Shown: piece by piece, positions 31,304 through 39,838 of the stretch
Layout of the letters: each line of letters starts with the position of its first letter
Numbering within the stretch: the first letter of the stretch is position 1
From: an uncultured Verrucomicrobiae bacterium
GTDB taxonomy: Bacteria; Verrucomicrobiota; Verrucomicrobiia; Chthoniobacterales; UBA10450
Direction of reading: 5' to 3'
DNA: 64,000 bases
Assembly (NCBI GenBank): GCA_963772365.1
Contig: CAVYXA010000004.1
Span: 32,001 to 96,000 of the forward strand
The notes under the pieces: generated by a model
The model's input: the letters and a program-made list of their open reading frames with translations, nothing else
Database searches by the model: none
Told to the model about the DNA's origin: nothing
Position numbers and translations under genes: made by a program

Positions 31304-33292
31304 ATGAAACACACGTTTTTTCTTCACGCGCTCGTTGTCCTGTTTGGGATCAATTCTTCGCTCCATGCAGCGGTTAACGTCACGCAGGAGCACAACAACC
31401 TCTCGCGCGACGGCGTTTACGTCGATGCGGCCTTTACTGCATCCGCGGCCGCCAATCTGACCCGCGACCTCAACTTCAACGGGGCGATCTCGGGCAATAT
31501 GCTTTCCCAACCGCTCTACATTGAAGGCGGCCCAAATGGACCGATGGTGATTGCCGCGACGGAATCGAACAACGTCTACGCGCTGAATGCGATTACCGGC
31601 AGCATCATTTGGCAGCGTAACCTCGGTAACCCGGCGACGAGCGGTTTGCCGTGCGGCAACATCAATCCCCTCGGAATCAGCGATACGCCGGCTGTCGATC
31701 TTCCGTCCCGCGCGCTCTTTCTGGACGCCATGGTCGATACCGGAACTGCCAAGAAGCATCTTATTTTCTCACTGAATGTAGACACGGGCGCGACCAATCC
31801 CGGTTGGCCAGTGGATGTGAGTGCCGCGTTTCCATCATTTGATTCTCCCCATCACAACAATCGCGGCGCGCTCGCTGTAGTGAACGGTATCATCTACGTG
31901 CCATACTCGGGGCACTTCGGAGATTGCACTCCATACCGGGGTTGGGTCGTTGGCGTGCAGATCGACAATCCCTCGGCTGTCTTGGCTTGGTCCACGAGCG
32001 CAAACGGTGGCGGAATCTGGGGGCATTCCGGCGTAGCCAGCGACGGCACGAATATGTTCGTCATTACCGGCAACACGATCGGCACCGGCGGAACTTATAG
32101 CCAGGGCGAATCAATCATCCGGTTACAAGCCGGGCCGGTCTTCAACAACAACACCCAGAATTATTGGGCCCCCACTAATTGGTTCTCTCTCGACAATTCC
32201 GACTCCGATCTCGGTGGTTGCAGCGCCATGCTCCTCGATGTCCCCGGTGCGACGCCTTCCCAACTCGTCCTGGCTTTGGGCAAAGATCGTAACGCGTATC
32301 TGGTGGATCGCAATAATCTTGGCGGAATCACTTCGGCCATCGCGTCGATGAACGTCTCCAGTTCCACACTCCGCGGACAGTCTTCCTGCACCTATCACAC
32401 GAGCATGGGGACATATTTCACTTTCCGCGCCGGGACAAGCAACACCCTGGTCGCTTATCGGGTCAACCCCGGCAGCCCTCCCACCATGAGCAGCGCCTGG
32501 CTGGTGACACAATCCGGTGAAGGTTCGCCGTTCGTCACTTCCACTGACGGTACGAACAATTTCATTGTCTGGGCATGTGGCGCCGGCGGTTCGCAGCGAT
32601 TGAACGGTTACAACGCCGATACCGGCGCGCTGGTTTTTGCTGGCGGCGGATCGAACGAATTGATGAGTGGCACCCGGAAATGGAACACCGGAATCGCCGC
32701 ACGTGGCCGCATTTATTATCCCGCCGACAATCGCATCTACGCCTTCAAACTGCCGGTGCCCGAGCTTCAAGTTGCTTCTGCCGTTTCACGCAAAACGCAC
32801 GGCGCCGCGGGCGATTTCGATATTGAGCTTCCGCTTTCCGGCCCTCCCGGCGTCGAATGTCGCATCGGCGGCGCGACTAACGATTACCAGTTTGTCTTCA
32901 CGTTCAGCAACAATGTCGAAAGCGGGAATGCTACCGTGACCAGCGGAACCGGCACAGTGTCCGGCTCACCGACATTTTCCGGAAACACCATGACCGTGAA
33001 TTTGACCGGCGTGACCGACATGCAAACGATTACAGTCACTCTGAGCGGCGTAACCGATCAGTTCCTCCAGGTCTTGCCCGACACACCCGTGAGCGCAAAC
33101 ATGTTGATCGCCGATACCAACGGCAATGGAACCGTAAACTCCTCAGATGTCGCCCAGACCAAGGGGCAGGTTGGCCAGACGGTGACCAGCGGCAATTTCC
33201 GCACCGACGTCAACGCCAACGGTAAAATCAACTCAACTGATGCAGCGATCGTAAAATCGCACTCGGGCGGCGCGGTCCGGGCACGGATGTAA
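31304..33292 (+). CDS. Secreted PQQ-like beta-propeller protein with C-terminal SRKTHG/Ig-like and dockerin-like domains
   Basis: NNVYALNAITGSIIW propeller repeat, GGGIWG; tail DTNGNGTVNSSD...DVNANGKINSTD. Confidence 0.8.
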   Translation: MKHTFFLHALVVLFGINSSLHAAVNVTQEHNNLSRDGVYVDAAFTASAAANLTRDLNFNGAISGNMLSQPLYIEGGPNGPMVIAATESNNVYALNAITGSIIWQRNLGNPATSGLPCGNINPLGISDTPAVDLPSRALFLDAMVDTGTAKKHLIFSLNVDTGATNPGWPVDVSAAFPSFDSPHHNNRGALAVVNGIIYVPYSGHFGDCTPYRGWVVGVQIDNPSAVLAWSTSANGGGIWGHSGVASDGTNMFVITGNTIGTGGTYSQGESIIRLQAGPVFNNNTQNYWAPTNWFSLDNSDSDLGGCSAMLLDVPGATPSQLVLALGKDRNAYLVDRNNLGGITSAIASMNVSSSTLRGQSSCTYHTSMGTYFTFRAGTSNTLVAYRVNPGSPPTMSSAWLVTQSGEGSPFVTSTDGTNNFIVWACGAGGSQRLNGYNADTGALVFAGGGSNELMSGTRKWNTGIAARGRIYYPADNRIYAFKLPVPELQVASAVSRKTHGAAGDFDIELPLSGPPGVECRIGGATNDYQFVFTFSNNVESGNATVTSGTGTVSGSPTFSGNTMTVNLTGVTDMQTITVTLSGVTDQFLQVLPDTPVSANMLIADTNGNGTVNSSDVAQTKGQVGQTVTSGNFRTDVNANGKINSTDAAIVKSHSGGAVRARM

Positions 33293-33364
33293 TCTTTTTT
33301 GCCCGTCGGTTGTTCGCCAGGCGTTAGATTGCTTTGCGAAATCCTTTGACGTAAAATTGACGCT

Positions 33365-33550
33365 GTGGATGCAATCGCCGAAAAACTGAACACGAAGCTG
33401 AGTACATGGAAGCCAGAGGTTTCACGTGAAGTACGCGCTGTGGTCTCCGACGTGATCGAGGCCGCCGACAACGACACGCTCGACCTGCAACGCTCGCGGG
33501 CTGTCGAGCAGGAAGTGCTCGACCAATTGGATGAGTCCGCATCCAGGTGA
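33365..33550 (+). CDS. Putative antitoxin
   Basis: Small acidic ORF overlapping the start of a PemK-like toxin gene. Confidence 0.6.
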   Translation: MDAIAEKLNTKLSTWKPEVSREVRAVVSDVIEAADNDTLDLQRSRAVEQEVLDQLDESASR

Positions 33551-33986
33551 GGTTTGGCTAGCCGACCTCGGGTTGGCTGCGAAGACCCGGGCAGTTGTGA
33601 TTCTCTCGCGGCACGATCCAGAGGCGCCCCGCGCACTTGTCGAGTACGTGCCGCTGACGATACAAAACCGCGGGAGTCGATACGAGGTCATCCTGCCACA
33701 ACTGCGTTTTCTACGCGAGACGAGCATCGCGAATGTGCAAGGCATCGCCTCGATTCCGTTGGCTCGACTCGAGCGAAAGCTCGGCGAACTAGCTCCCGAC
33801 ACGCTCATAGCAATCCGCAAAGTGAGCAACGCGCAACGGACGTCACCCAAATCCAGTCTACAAGCTGGTCAGCCCACGAGCGACACTAATGCTCCGCACG
33901 ACGTAAGCGCCAACGGTACAATCAACTCGACTGATGCAACGATCGTGAAATCCCACTCGGGCGGCGCCGTTCGTCCGAATGAGTAA
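33531..33986 (+). CDS. PemK/MazF-family toxin with a fused dockerin-like tail
   Basis: PGEVWLADLG..KTRAVVILS, VPLT, ANVQGIASI..RLERKLGEL; ends DVSANGTINSTDATIVKSHSGG. Confidence 0.85.
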   Translation: MSPHPGEVWLADLGLAAKTRAVVILSRHDPEAPRALVEYVPLTIQNRGSRYEVILPQLRFLRETSIANVQGIASIPLARLERKLGELAPDTLIAIRKVSNAQRTSPKSSLQAGQPTSDTNAPHDVSANGTINSTDATIVKSHSGGAVRPNE

Positions 33987-33991
33987 GTCGC

Positions 33992-35236
33992 CTAACGACA
34001 GACGTGCGTTTCCGGGTTCATTCGATATTTCCAGTCAGACCCGTTTGAGCCAGCTTCGCTCAAAGCGGAATCGACGAGCGAGCGATTCGCGGACAATGTG
34101 CAGACCGGATCCGTGTTGGCGGCGTTGCCGGTGAGCAACGCCGCTTGGCAACGGCAGCCACCGAAATCGATTTCTTTTTTCGGACAACTCCGACACGGCT
34201 CCGGCATCCAATCGGTTCCGCGAAACCGGTTAAAGCTCTCCGATTCTCGCCAGATCCAATCGAGCGACTGCTCCCGGACATTTTCGAATTGCATATCCGG
34301 AATCGCCGATGATGCCGTCGGACAGGGCGAGACGTCGCCGATCGGATTGACGGTGAGATAGCGCTGGCCCCAGCCGTTTAGGCACGGTTTCGGCCGCGTT
34401 TCGTAATAATCGGGCAGGACATAAAAGATGTCGATCTTACTGGCTAGCCGTTCTTTTGCCGCAGCCGCGATTTCACGGGCACGCTCGACTTGTTCGCGCG
34501 TCGGCAATAACGCGGCCCGATTCAAAAATGCCCAGCCGTAGAATTGCGTGTTGGCCAGCTCGACCCGATCGGCGCCGAGCTCTTCTGTCAGATCGATCAT
34601 CTCTTCCAACTGATCGATGTTGTGCCGATGCAAAACGAAATTAAGGCTGAGAGAAATGCCGGCGCTGCGAATTAGCGCCGCGGCGTGGAGCTTTCGTTGA
34701 TGTGCTCGCGCGCCTGCGATCTCATCGGCAAGATCGACATCGGCAGCTTGAAAACTGAGTTGCACAGAATCAAGGCCGGCGTCCCGCAATTCATTGACCC
34801 GCTTTTCATCGAGGATGATGCCGCTGGTGATCAGATTGGTGTAGAGATTGGATTCCCGAGCCGCGCGAATAATCGCGGCAAGATCGCGCCGAACCAGCGG
34901 TTCACCGCCGGAAAAGCCAACCTGCAATACGCCCAGCGCTGCCGCTTCACGAACAACGCGGAGCCATTCCTCGGTGGTCAATTCCGCATGAAGTGCTGTA
35001 GCGTGCGCTGTCCTCAGCGCATCTGTTGATGGCGCCGCTCGGCTTCCGCTGAGGAGAGCGGACGCTACACTGACCGGATTCGAGCAATACGGACAATGCA
35101 GCGGACAACGATGTGTCAGCTCCGCCAGCAATGCGTATGGACGCGGCGGCGCTGTAGGGGAAGCTGATAGCTTCCCGCGTGGCTGCGTTTTAGGGAAAGT
35201 GTCAGTTTCCCCTACAGTTTTCTTTGTCGTGCTCAT
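33992..35236 (-). CDS. pqqE: PqqA peptide cyclase (radical SAM/SPASM)
   Basis: LLAELTHRCPLHCPYCSNP, ANTQFYGWA, PKPCLNGWG, GGCRCQA. Confidence 0.96.
   Translation of the reverse strand: MSTTKKTVGETDTFPKTQPRGKLSASPTAPPRPYALLAELTHRCPLHCPYCSNPVSVASALLSGSRAAPSTDALRTAHATALHAELTTEEWLRVVREAAALGVLQVGFSGGEPLVRRDLAAIIRAARESNLYTNLITSGIILDEKRVNELRDAGLDSVQLSFQAADVDLADEIAGARAHQRKLHAAALIRSAGISLSLNFVLHRHNIDQLEEMIDLTEELGADRVELANTQFYGWAFLNRAALLPTREQVERAREIAAAAKERLASKIDIFYVLPDYYETRPKPCLNGWGQRYLTVNPIGDVSPCPTASSAIPDMQFENVREQSLDWIWRESESFNRFRGTDWMPEPCRSCPKKEIDFGGCRCQAALLTGNAANTDPVCTLSANRSLVDSALSEAGSNGSDWKYRMNPETHVCR
34995..35070. repeat. GTAG-type REP-like element inside pqqE
   Basis: 28 nt identical to intergenic 52892-52919; closes with acgctaca. 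Confidence 0.9.
35152..35217. repeat. GTAG-type REP-like element (66 bp) in the pqqE N-terminus
   Basis: 11-bp inverted repeat ctgtaggggaa / ttcccctacag. Confidence 0.88.
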
Positions 35237-35511
35237 GCGAACTCGATCAATTTTCGGCGCTGAAAATCCGAGAGCGTCTCCTGAACATCTGCTGCAATTG
35301 TGGCAGGATCGACATCGTATTCTTTGGCGAGGTCGCTGATGATTTCCCCAAGTACCCGCCCATCACAACGCGCCATGATTTCGTGAGCGGTTTCGTTCAG
35401 TTCGACGATCCCCTCTGGATGAAGCAGGACAGATTTACCGCTGGCATTATCAATCTGGAAGCGAACGCCCGGCGCAAGACGTGGCCGCATGTCGTCACGA
35501 ATTGTTTGCAT
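35233..35511 (-). CDS. pqqD: PqqA-binding chaperone (RRE)
   Basis: PRLAPGVRF, VLLHPEGIVELNETAHEI..CDG; overlaps the pqqC stop and the pqqE start. Confidence 0.92.
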   Translation of the reverse strand: MQTIRDDMRPRLAPGVRFQIDNASGKSVLLHPEGIVELNETAHEIMARCDGRVLGEIISDLAKEYDVDPATIAADVQETLSDFQRRKLIEFA

Positions 35512-36268
35512 AAGCATGATGAATTGCGTCCAGAATCGCCCAGAGCAGATCGCATTTGAACTGGAGCGCGCGAACGGCGGCTTCCTGTAGCTCGCGCGTG
35601 TTGCAATAACGCATGGTGATCTCGAGGGCTTCGGTCGAATCCCGCCGGGCTTGAGTAACCCGCCGCCGAAAATAATCGAGTCCACTTGTGTCGATCCACG
35701 TATAAAATTTTTCGAACGCGGCGAGACGCGTCGCCATCAAATCGGGCGCGAACAGTTCCGTGAGCGACGAGGCGATTGCGACCGGCCATGGCTCGCGTCG
35801 AGCGAAATTCACGTAGGCATCGACCGCGAACCGGACGCCGGGCAGAAGATGTCGATCCTGCAACAAATCTTCTCTCGATAATCCACACGCTTGGCCCAAT
35901 CGCAGCCAGGCTTCGATCCCGCCTTCTCTGATCGGATTGTCGCCTCGGCTGTCCTGAACCGATTGCCCCTGTGATCCGCTGAGGACAGCGGACTCTACAG
36001 CGTCGATCAGCCCGTCATGATCGACAATCCGATGGACCCAGACCCGCCGCACGTCGCGCTCGGGACAATTGGAAAGAATGGCGGCGTCTTTGATCGGGAT
36101 GTTGCGCTGGTAATAAAACCGGTTTGCCACCCAGCCGCGCAACGCTTCCTTCGAAAGCCGGCCCTCATTCATCGCAAGATGAAACGGATGTTTGTCGTGA
36201 TAAGCGCGTCCGCCGGTCTCGCGCAGTTTCTCGATGAAAATCTCGCGATCCCAAACCGTGGCGGTCAT
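35495..36268 (-). CDS. pqqC: Pyrroloquinoline-quinone synthase
   Basis: YHDKHPFH, WVANRFYYQRNIPIKDAAI, GGIEAWL, SSLTELFAP, FKCDLLW. Confidence 0.96.
   Translation of the reverse strand: MTATVWDREIFIEKLRETGGRAYHDKHPFHLAMNEGRLSKEALRGWVANRFYYQRNIPIKDAAILSNCPERDVRRVWVHRIVDHDGLIDAVESAVLSGSQGQSVQDSRGDNPIREGGIEAWLRLGQACGLSREDLLQDRHLLPGVRFAVDAYVNFARREPWPVAIASSLTELFAPDLMATRLAAFEKFYTWIDTSGLDYFRRRVTQARRDSTEALEITMRYCNTRELQEAAVRALQFKCDLLWAILDAIHHAYANNS
35935..36001. repeat. REP-like element inside pqqC
   Basis: tccgctgaggacagcggactctacagc resembles 35045-35070 and 52854-52882. Left boundary approximate. Confidence 0.7.
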
Positions 36269-37164
36269 AAAACGATTTCCATTCCATCGAATCCGATCTC
36301 AACTCCCGCCTTTTCGACTTGTTGTCGCTCCTCTGAGCCGGGCATCAGAATCGGATTGGTATTGTTGATGTGAGTGTAAACCTTCCGGCTTGCCGACAAA
36401 CTGCGCAACAAATCGAGAGACCCGTCGCGAATCGGCAAATGATGCATTTCCTGCGCGGTGCGCGCACCTGCCCGAACGGCAGATAACTCGTCGTTTGACC
36501 AAAAAGTTCCGTCGAACAGGATCACATCGGAGGCGTGGATTGCCTCGCGCAGATGATCTGTCAGTTCGCCAACCGCCGGCGCGATCACGGCACTCTTGCC
36601 GGAGTTTTCATCACGCAATTGAAAAGCAATGCTCTCGGGCAATGGAATCGCGGAAACGGAAATCTTCAGGCCGGGCAAGATTGAGCTTTGTAGGGCAACC
36701 GCTTCGGTTGCCGAGGCAGGCGGAGCGCCTGCCCTACAATTCGTGATGTCTGGGTTCAGGTCGCGCCATTCTATTCCGCAAAATTGTCTGAGCAGATTGT
36801 CGATCCAATTCAGCGCGATCCGCGTGGACCGATCGGCATAAACAAGCAACGGTTGCTCCCGTTGCCGCAGCAAAACCAGACCCAGCGCATGATCGATGTC
36901 CGCATTGGTGAGAAGAACGGCCGCGATGGGACTGTTCCGCAACGAATGGGGCCGCGGTTGCAGTTCTGGCGTGCTCTCGATTTGACGCGCCAGATCCGGT
37001 GAAGCGTTGATGAGAAACCAATGTCGATCATCGGCAGTGACGGCGACGCTCGACTGCGTCTGCGGTTGAATTTTTCCCGCGCGTGCGGCAAAGCAATTTG
37101 GACAAGCGCAATTCCATTGCGGCAGGCCGCCACCCGCCGCGCTCCCGAGAATTCGGATACGAAT
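36265..37164 (-). CDS. pqqB: PqqB hydroxylase (MBL fold), apparent ATT start codon
   Basis: Open frame [26 protein letters not shown]...TQSS...NASPD...DGTFW...THINNTNP; in-frame TAG two codons upstream of the ATT. Confidence 0.93.
   Translation of the reverse strand: [299 protein letters not shown]
36688..36739. repeat. GTAG-type REP-like element inside pqqB
   Basis: 10-bp inverted repeat ttgtagggca/tgccctacaa; same family as 3510-3571. Confidence 0.9.
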
Positions 37165-37181
37165 GACCTACCCTCGCTCGA

Positions 37182-37271
37182 TCAGACAGCAGCCGCGTAG
37201 CAGGTGCACTCGAAAAAGATCGGCACGTAGCGCGCTGCGGGTTTGATCCACTTTTTCCTGTTCGATTTCAT
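37182..37271 (-). CDS. pqqA: PQQ precursor peptide MKSNRKKWIKPAARYVPIFFECTCYAAAV
   Basis: W-x-K-P leader and E-x-x-x-Y core, directly upstream of pqqB. Translated by hand; too short for the ORF track. Confidence 0.92.
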   Translation of the reverse strand: MKSNRKKWIKPAARYVPIFFECTCYAAAV

Positions 37272-37397
37272 AGACGCCCTTGAGTCTCCTCTTATATCGC
37301 GAAACTAAGCCGGCTGCAATGCTAATTGTCTTCTAGCGGTTGCCGGGACGAAACCGCCGCCGCGCGAATCTGCTGCGAATGTAACTACGTGCACGCC

Positions 37398-38486
37398 GTG
37401 GCGAAGAGGCAAAACAAACGGAAGATCGACAAGGCAGCCGATCCAGGCAAAGCCGCCGAAGAGGCCGGACTTCGTTACGTCAGCGACGACCGGCCCGGTT
37501 ATTCGCGCATACGGCGCGGTAAAGACTTCGACTACTTCGACACCGAAGACAAACCGATCCGCGACGAGCAACGCCTGCTCCGCATCAAGCGCCTGGCCAT
37601 TCCACCAGCATGGACGGACGTTTGGATTTGCCCCTCGCCTAATGGACATATCCAGGCGACCGGCCGCGATGCCCGTCGCCGGAAACAATATCGGTATCAC
37701 GATCGGTGGCGCGAGGTGCGCGACGAAAACAAATACGACAAGATGGTGATATTTGCGCGGGCGCTTCCGAAGATCCGAAAACGGGTTGCGCGAGATTTGA
37801 GACGCAAAGGCCTGCCGCGCGAGAAAGTGCTGGCCACGGTGGTGCAATTGCTGGAGCGCACATTCATACGGATCGGAAACGAAGAATACGCTCGTGACAA
37901 CAATTCGTTTGGGCTGACCACGATGGAGGATCGACATGTTCAGGTGAAGGGCTCAAAACTACGGTTCCGGTTTCGCGGCAAAAGCGGGCGTCAGCATGAA
38001 GTCGATGTTTCGGATCGACGGATCGCCAAAATCGTCTCCAAGCTGCAGGAGTTGCGGGGCCAGGAATTATTCCAGTATCTCGATGACGATGGTGAAGTGC
38101 GCGATGTGACTTCGCAGGATGTGAACGATTACCTGCGCGAAATCACCGGGGAAGATTTCACCGCGAAAGATTTTCGGACCTGGGCCGGGACCGTCCTTGC
38201 GGCGATGGCTTTGAATGCGCAGGAACAATTCGAGACCAAGAAGCAGGCGAAGAGCAATGTGCGAACGGCGATCAGCGCCGTCGCAGAAATGCTCGGCAAT
38301 ACACCGGCGATCTGCCGGAAATGCTACGTCCATCCAGCTCTCCTCGAGGCGTATCTCGATCGCATTTCCATCGAGGGATTGAAGCGAACGATCGCGAACG
38401 GCCAGAAGACTGTCGATCTTCGGTCGAGCGAGAGCGCTGTGCTCGAGTTTCTCGAGACGCGTCTGAAAGAGAAAAACGGAAGCTGA
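37398..38486 (+). CDS. Bacterial DNA topoisomerase IB
   Basis: AIPPAWTDVWI, QATGRD, RIGNEEYA, FRGKSG, KDFRTW, GNTPAICRKCY. Confidence 0.93.
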   Translation: MAKRQNKRKIDKAADPGKAAEEAGLRYVSDDRPGYSRIRRGKDFDYFDTEDKPIRDEQRLLRIKRLAIPPAWTDVWICPSPNGHIQATGRDARRRKQYRYHDRWREVRDENKYDKMVIFARALPKIRKRVARDLRRKGLPREKVLATVVQLLERTFIRIGNEEYARDNNSFGLTTMEDRHVQVKGSKLRFRFRGKSGRQHEVDVSDRRIAKIVSKLQELRGQELFQYLDDDGEVRDVTSQDVNDYLREITGEDFTAKDFRTWAGTVLAAMALNAQEQFETKKQAKSNVRTAISAVAEMLGNTPAICRKCYVHPALLEAYLDRISIEGLKRTIANGQKTVDLRSSESAVLEFLETRLKEKNGS

Positions 38487-38501
38487 TTTCGCCGAACGGC
38501 G

Positions 38502-39617
38502 TCACTCTTTCTTTTGTTTTTCCAGTTCCGGCAATTCGACGTCCTTATTTTCCAATGTGCCGCTGAACGCTTTTACAAAAGCGTTTCGAAATGCATTAAA
38601 CACGGTTTCAATGATGTCCGGTTGCGGATTGTCGAATGTGCCGGCAAACGGGACCTTGGTGCCGAAGCGATCTTTCGGTTGATTTCGCACAATATGCGTG
38701 ATCCCGCCGACGATCGCCTGCCAGACAAAGCTCAGTGGATTTTCAGCGTCATGTTCGGGATTGAAGATGCTCATGTGGTCGAACACTGGCTCGACATATC
38801 CCTGATATGCGCCTTTGCTCGCGCTGGCTTCCATGGCCATTCTGAAGGTGCCTTTCTCGAAGGTGAAATTGCCATAGGCTTTCGCGAAATCATTTAGTTT
38901 GACCAGCGGGATCTCCTTCAGCTCGACGTTCAGTGAAAATGTGGGATTCGCTGCATAAGGATCGAGAGCCATTTGCACTCGTCCGTGCCCGGCCTGCAAC
39001 GGCCGGCCTTTAATCTCGACTTCGGCAATCAGCGTTTTCGAAAGCTTTTTACTGTTGGTGAGATTGCTCGCGATCATCTCGATCTGGTCCACGGTGATAT
39101 TGACTTTCGGAGTTTTGTTAAAATCGCGATAATAAATCTCGCCGTCGTGGATGGTGAATCGATTAATCTTTAGCGGATAAAGTTGCTTGATTTTTTGCGC
39201 CCATGGCTCATCCACCGGCGCCTGTCTCTCGGATACGCTCGGACCGTTTACGAGATTCATGTTGGGCCGATAAATCTGAATCTCGCCCACCATCGATCTT
39301 TCGAAGATGAGCGCTTTCCATTGCACATTAAAATCAATTAGCGGCGCGGAAAAGAACGGAACCGGTACATCCCCGCTGGTTTTTTTAATGTCGAGATTGT
39401 GAATTTGATAGGCTCCACGCCAGAGATGGAGTGTGACCGCGGCGATGTGCGCACGATAACCGTGAATCTCGGAAAGCTTGCGGTTCACATAATCGCGAAC
39501 CCAGACCGCGAGGTAGGCGTGCACGATAACGAACGCGACGACGAACACCATCAGCAGCCAAAACCACCAGCGTCGGACGAGCCAACTGAGGCGCACTGTT
39601 TTGGTTAACGATTTCAT
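38502..39617 (-). CDS. DUF748/AsmA-like protein
   Basis: N-terminal transmembrane segment, LWRGAY, beta-rich body, GYVEP, FRNAFV. Confidence 0.7.
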   Translation of the reverse strand: MKSLTKTVRLSWLVRRWWFWLLMVFVVAFVIVHAYLAVWVRDYVNRKLSEIHGYRAHIAAVTLHLWRGAYQIHNLDIKKTSGDVPVPFFSAPLIDFNVQWKALIFERSMVGEIQIYRPNMNLVNGPSVSERQAPVDEPWAQKIKQLYPLKINRFTIHDGEIYYRDFNKTPKVNITVDQIEMIASNLTNSKKLSKTLIAEVEIKGRPLQAGHGRVQMALDPYAANPTFSLNVELKEIPLVKLNDFAKAYGNFTFEKGTFRMAMEASASKGAYQGYVEPVFDHMSIFNPEHDAENPLSFVWQAIVGGITHIVRNQPKDRFGTKVPFAGTFDNPQPDIIETVFNAFRNAFVKAFSGTLENKDVELPELEKQKKE

Positions 39618-39810
39618 GAGAGGCGCTTTCGGGCGCGCCCTAAAGGAATCGTTCTCGAAATGCGCCGTGGTTGCACTGCCGCAATCTGCTTATGCTGTGT
39701 GTAGACGATCCTCGCGATTCTAGGCCGAGAACGCTTCCTGTCGGTTGCACGACGGATTTGGGTCAGGATCCATGGCAACTCCAGCACACGTAAAAACAGG
39801 CTCGACTCCG

Positions 39811-39838
39811 TTGACATTGCCGGGATTGTCGGCACAGT
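39811..39838 (+). promoter_or_regulatory. Possible sigma70-type promoter for the 3D-domain gene
   Basis: Perfect TTGACA followed 16 nt later by a weak -10 (CACAGT). Confidence 0.3.

Noticed and set aside
33206..33986. Diversity-generating retroelement TR/VR pair
   Set aside because: Differences between the two 87-nt repeats are not adenine-specific, many are synonymous, and no reverse transcriptase is in the window.
36265..36942. Truncated pqqB as given by the ORF track
   Set aside because: The frame is open upstream to 37164 and encodes the conserved N-terminus.
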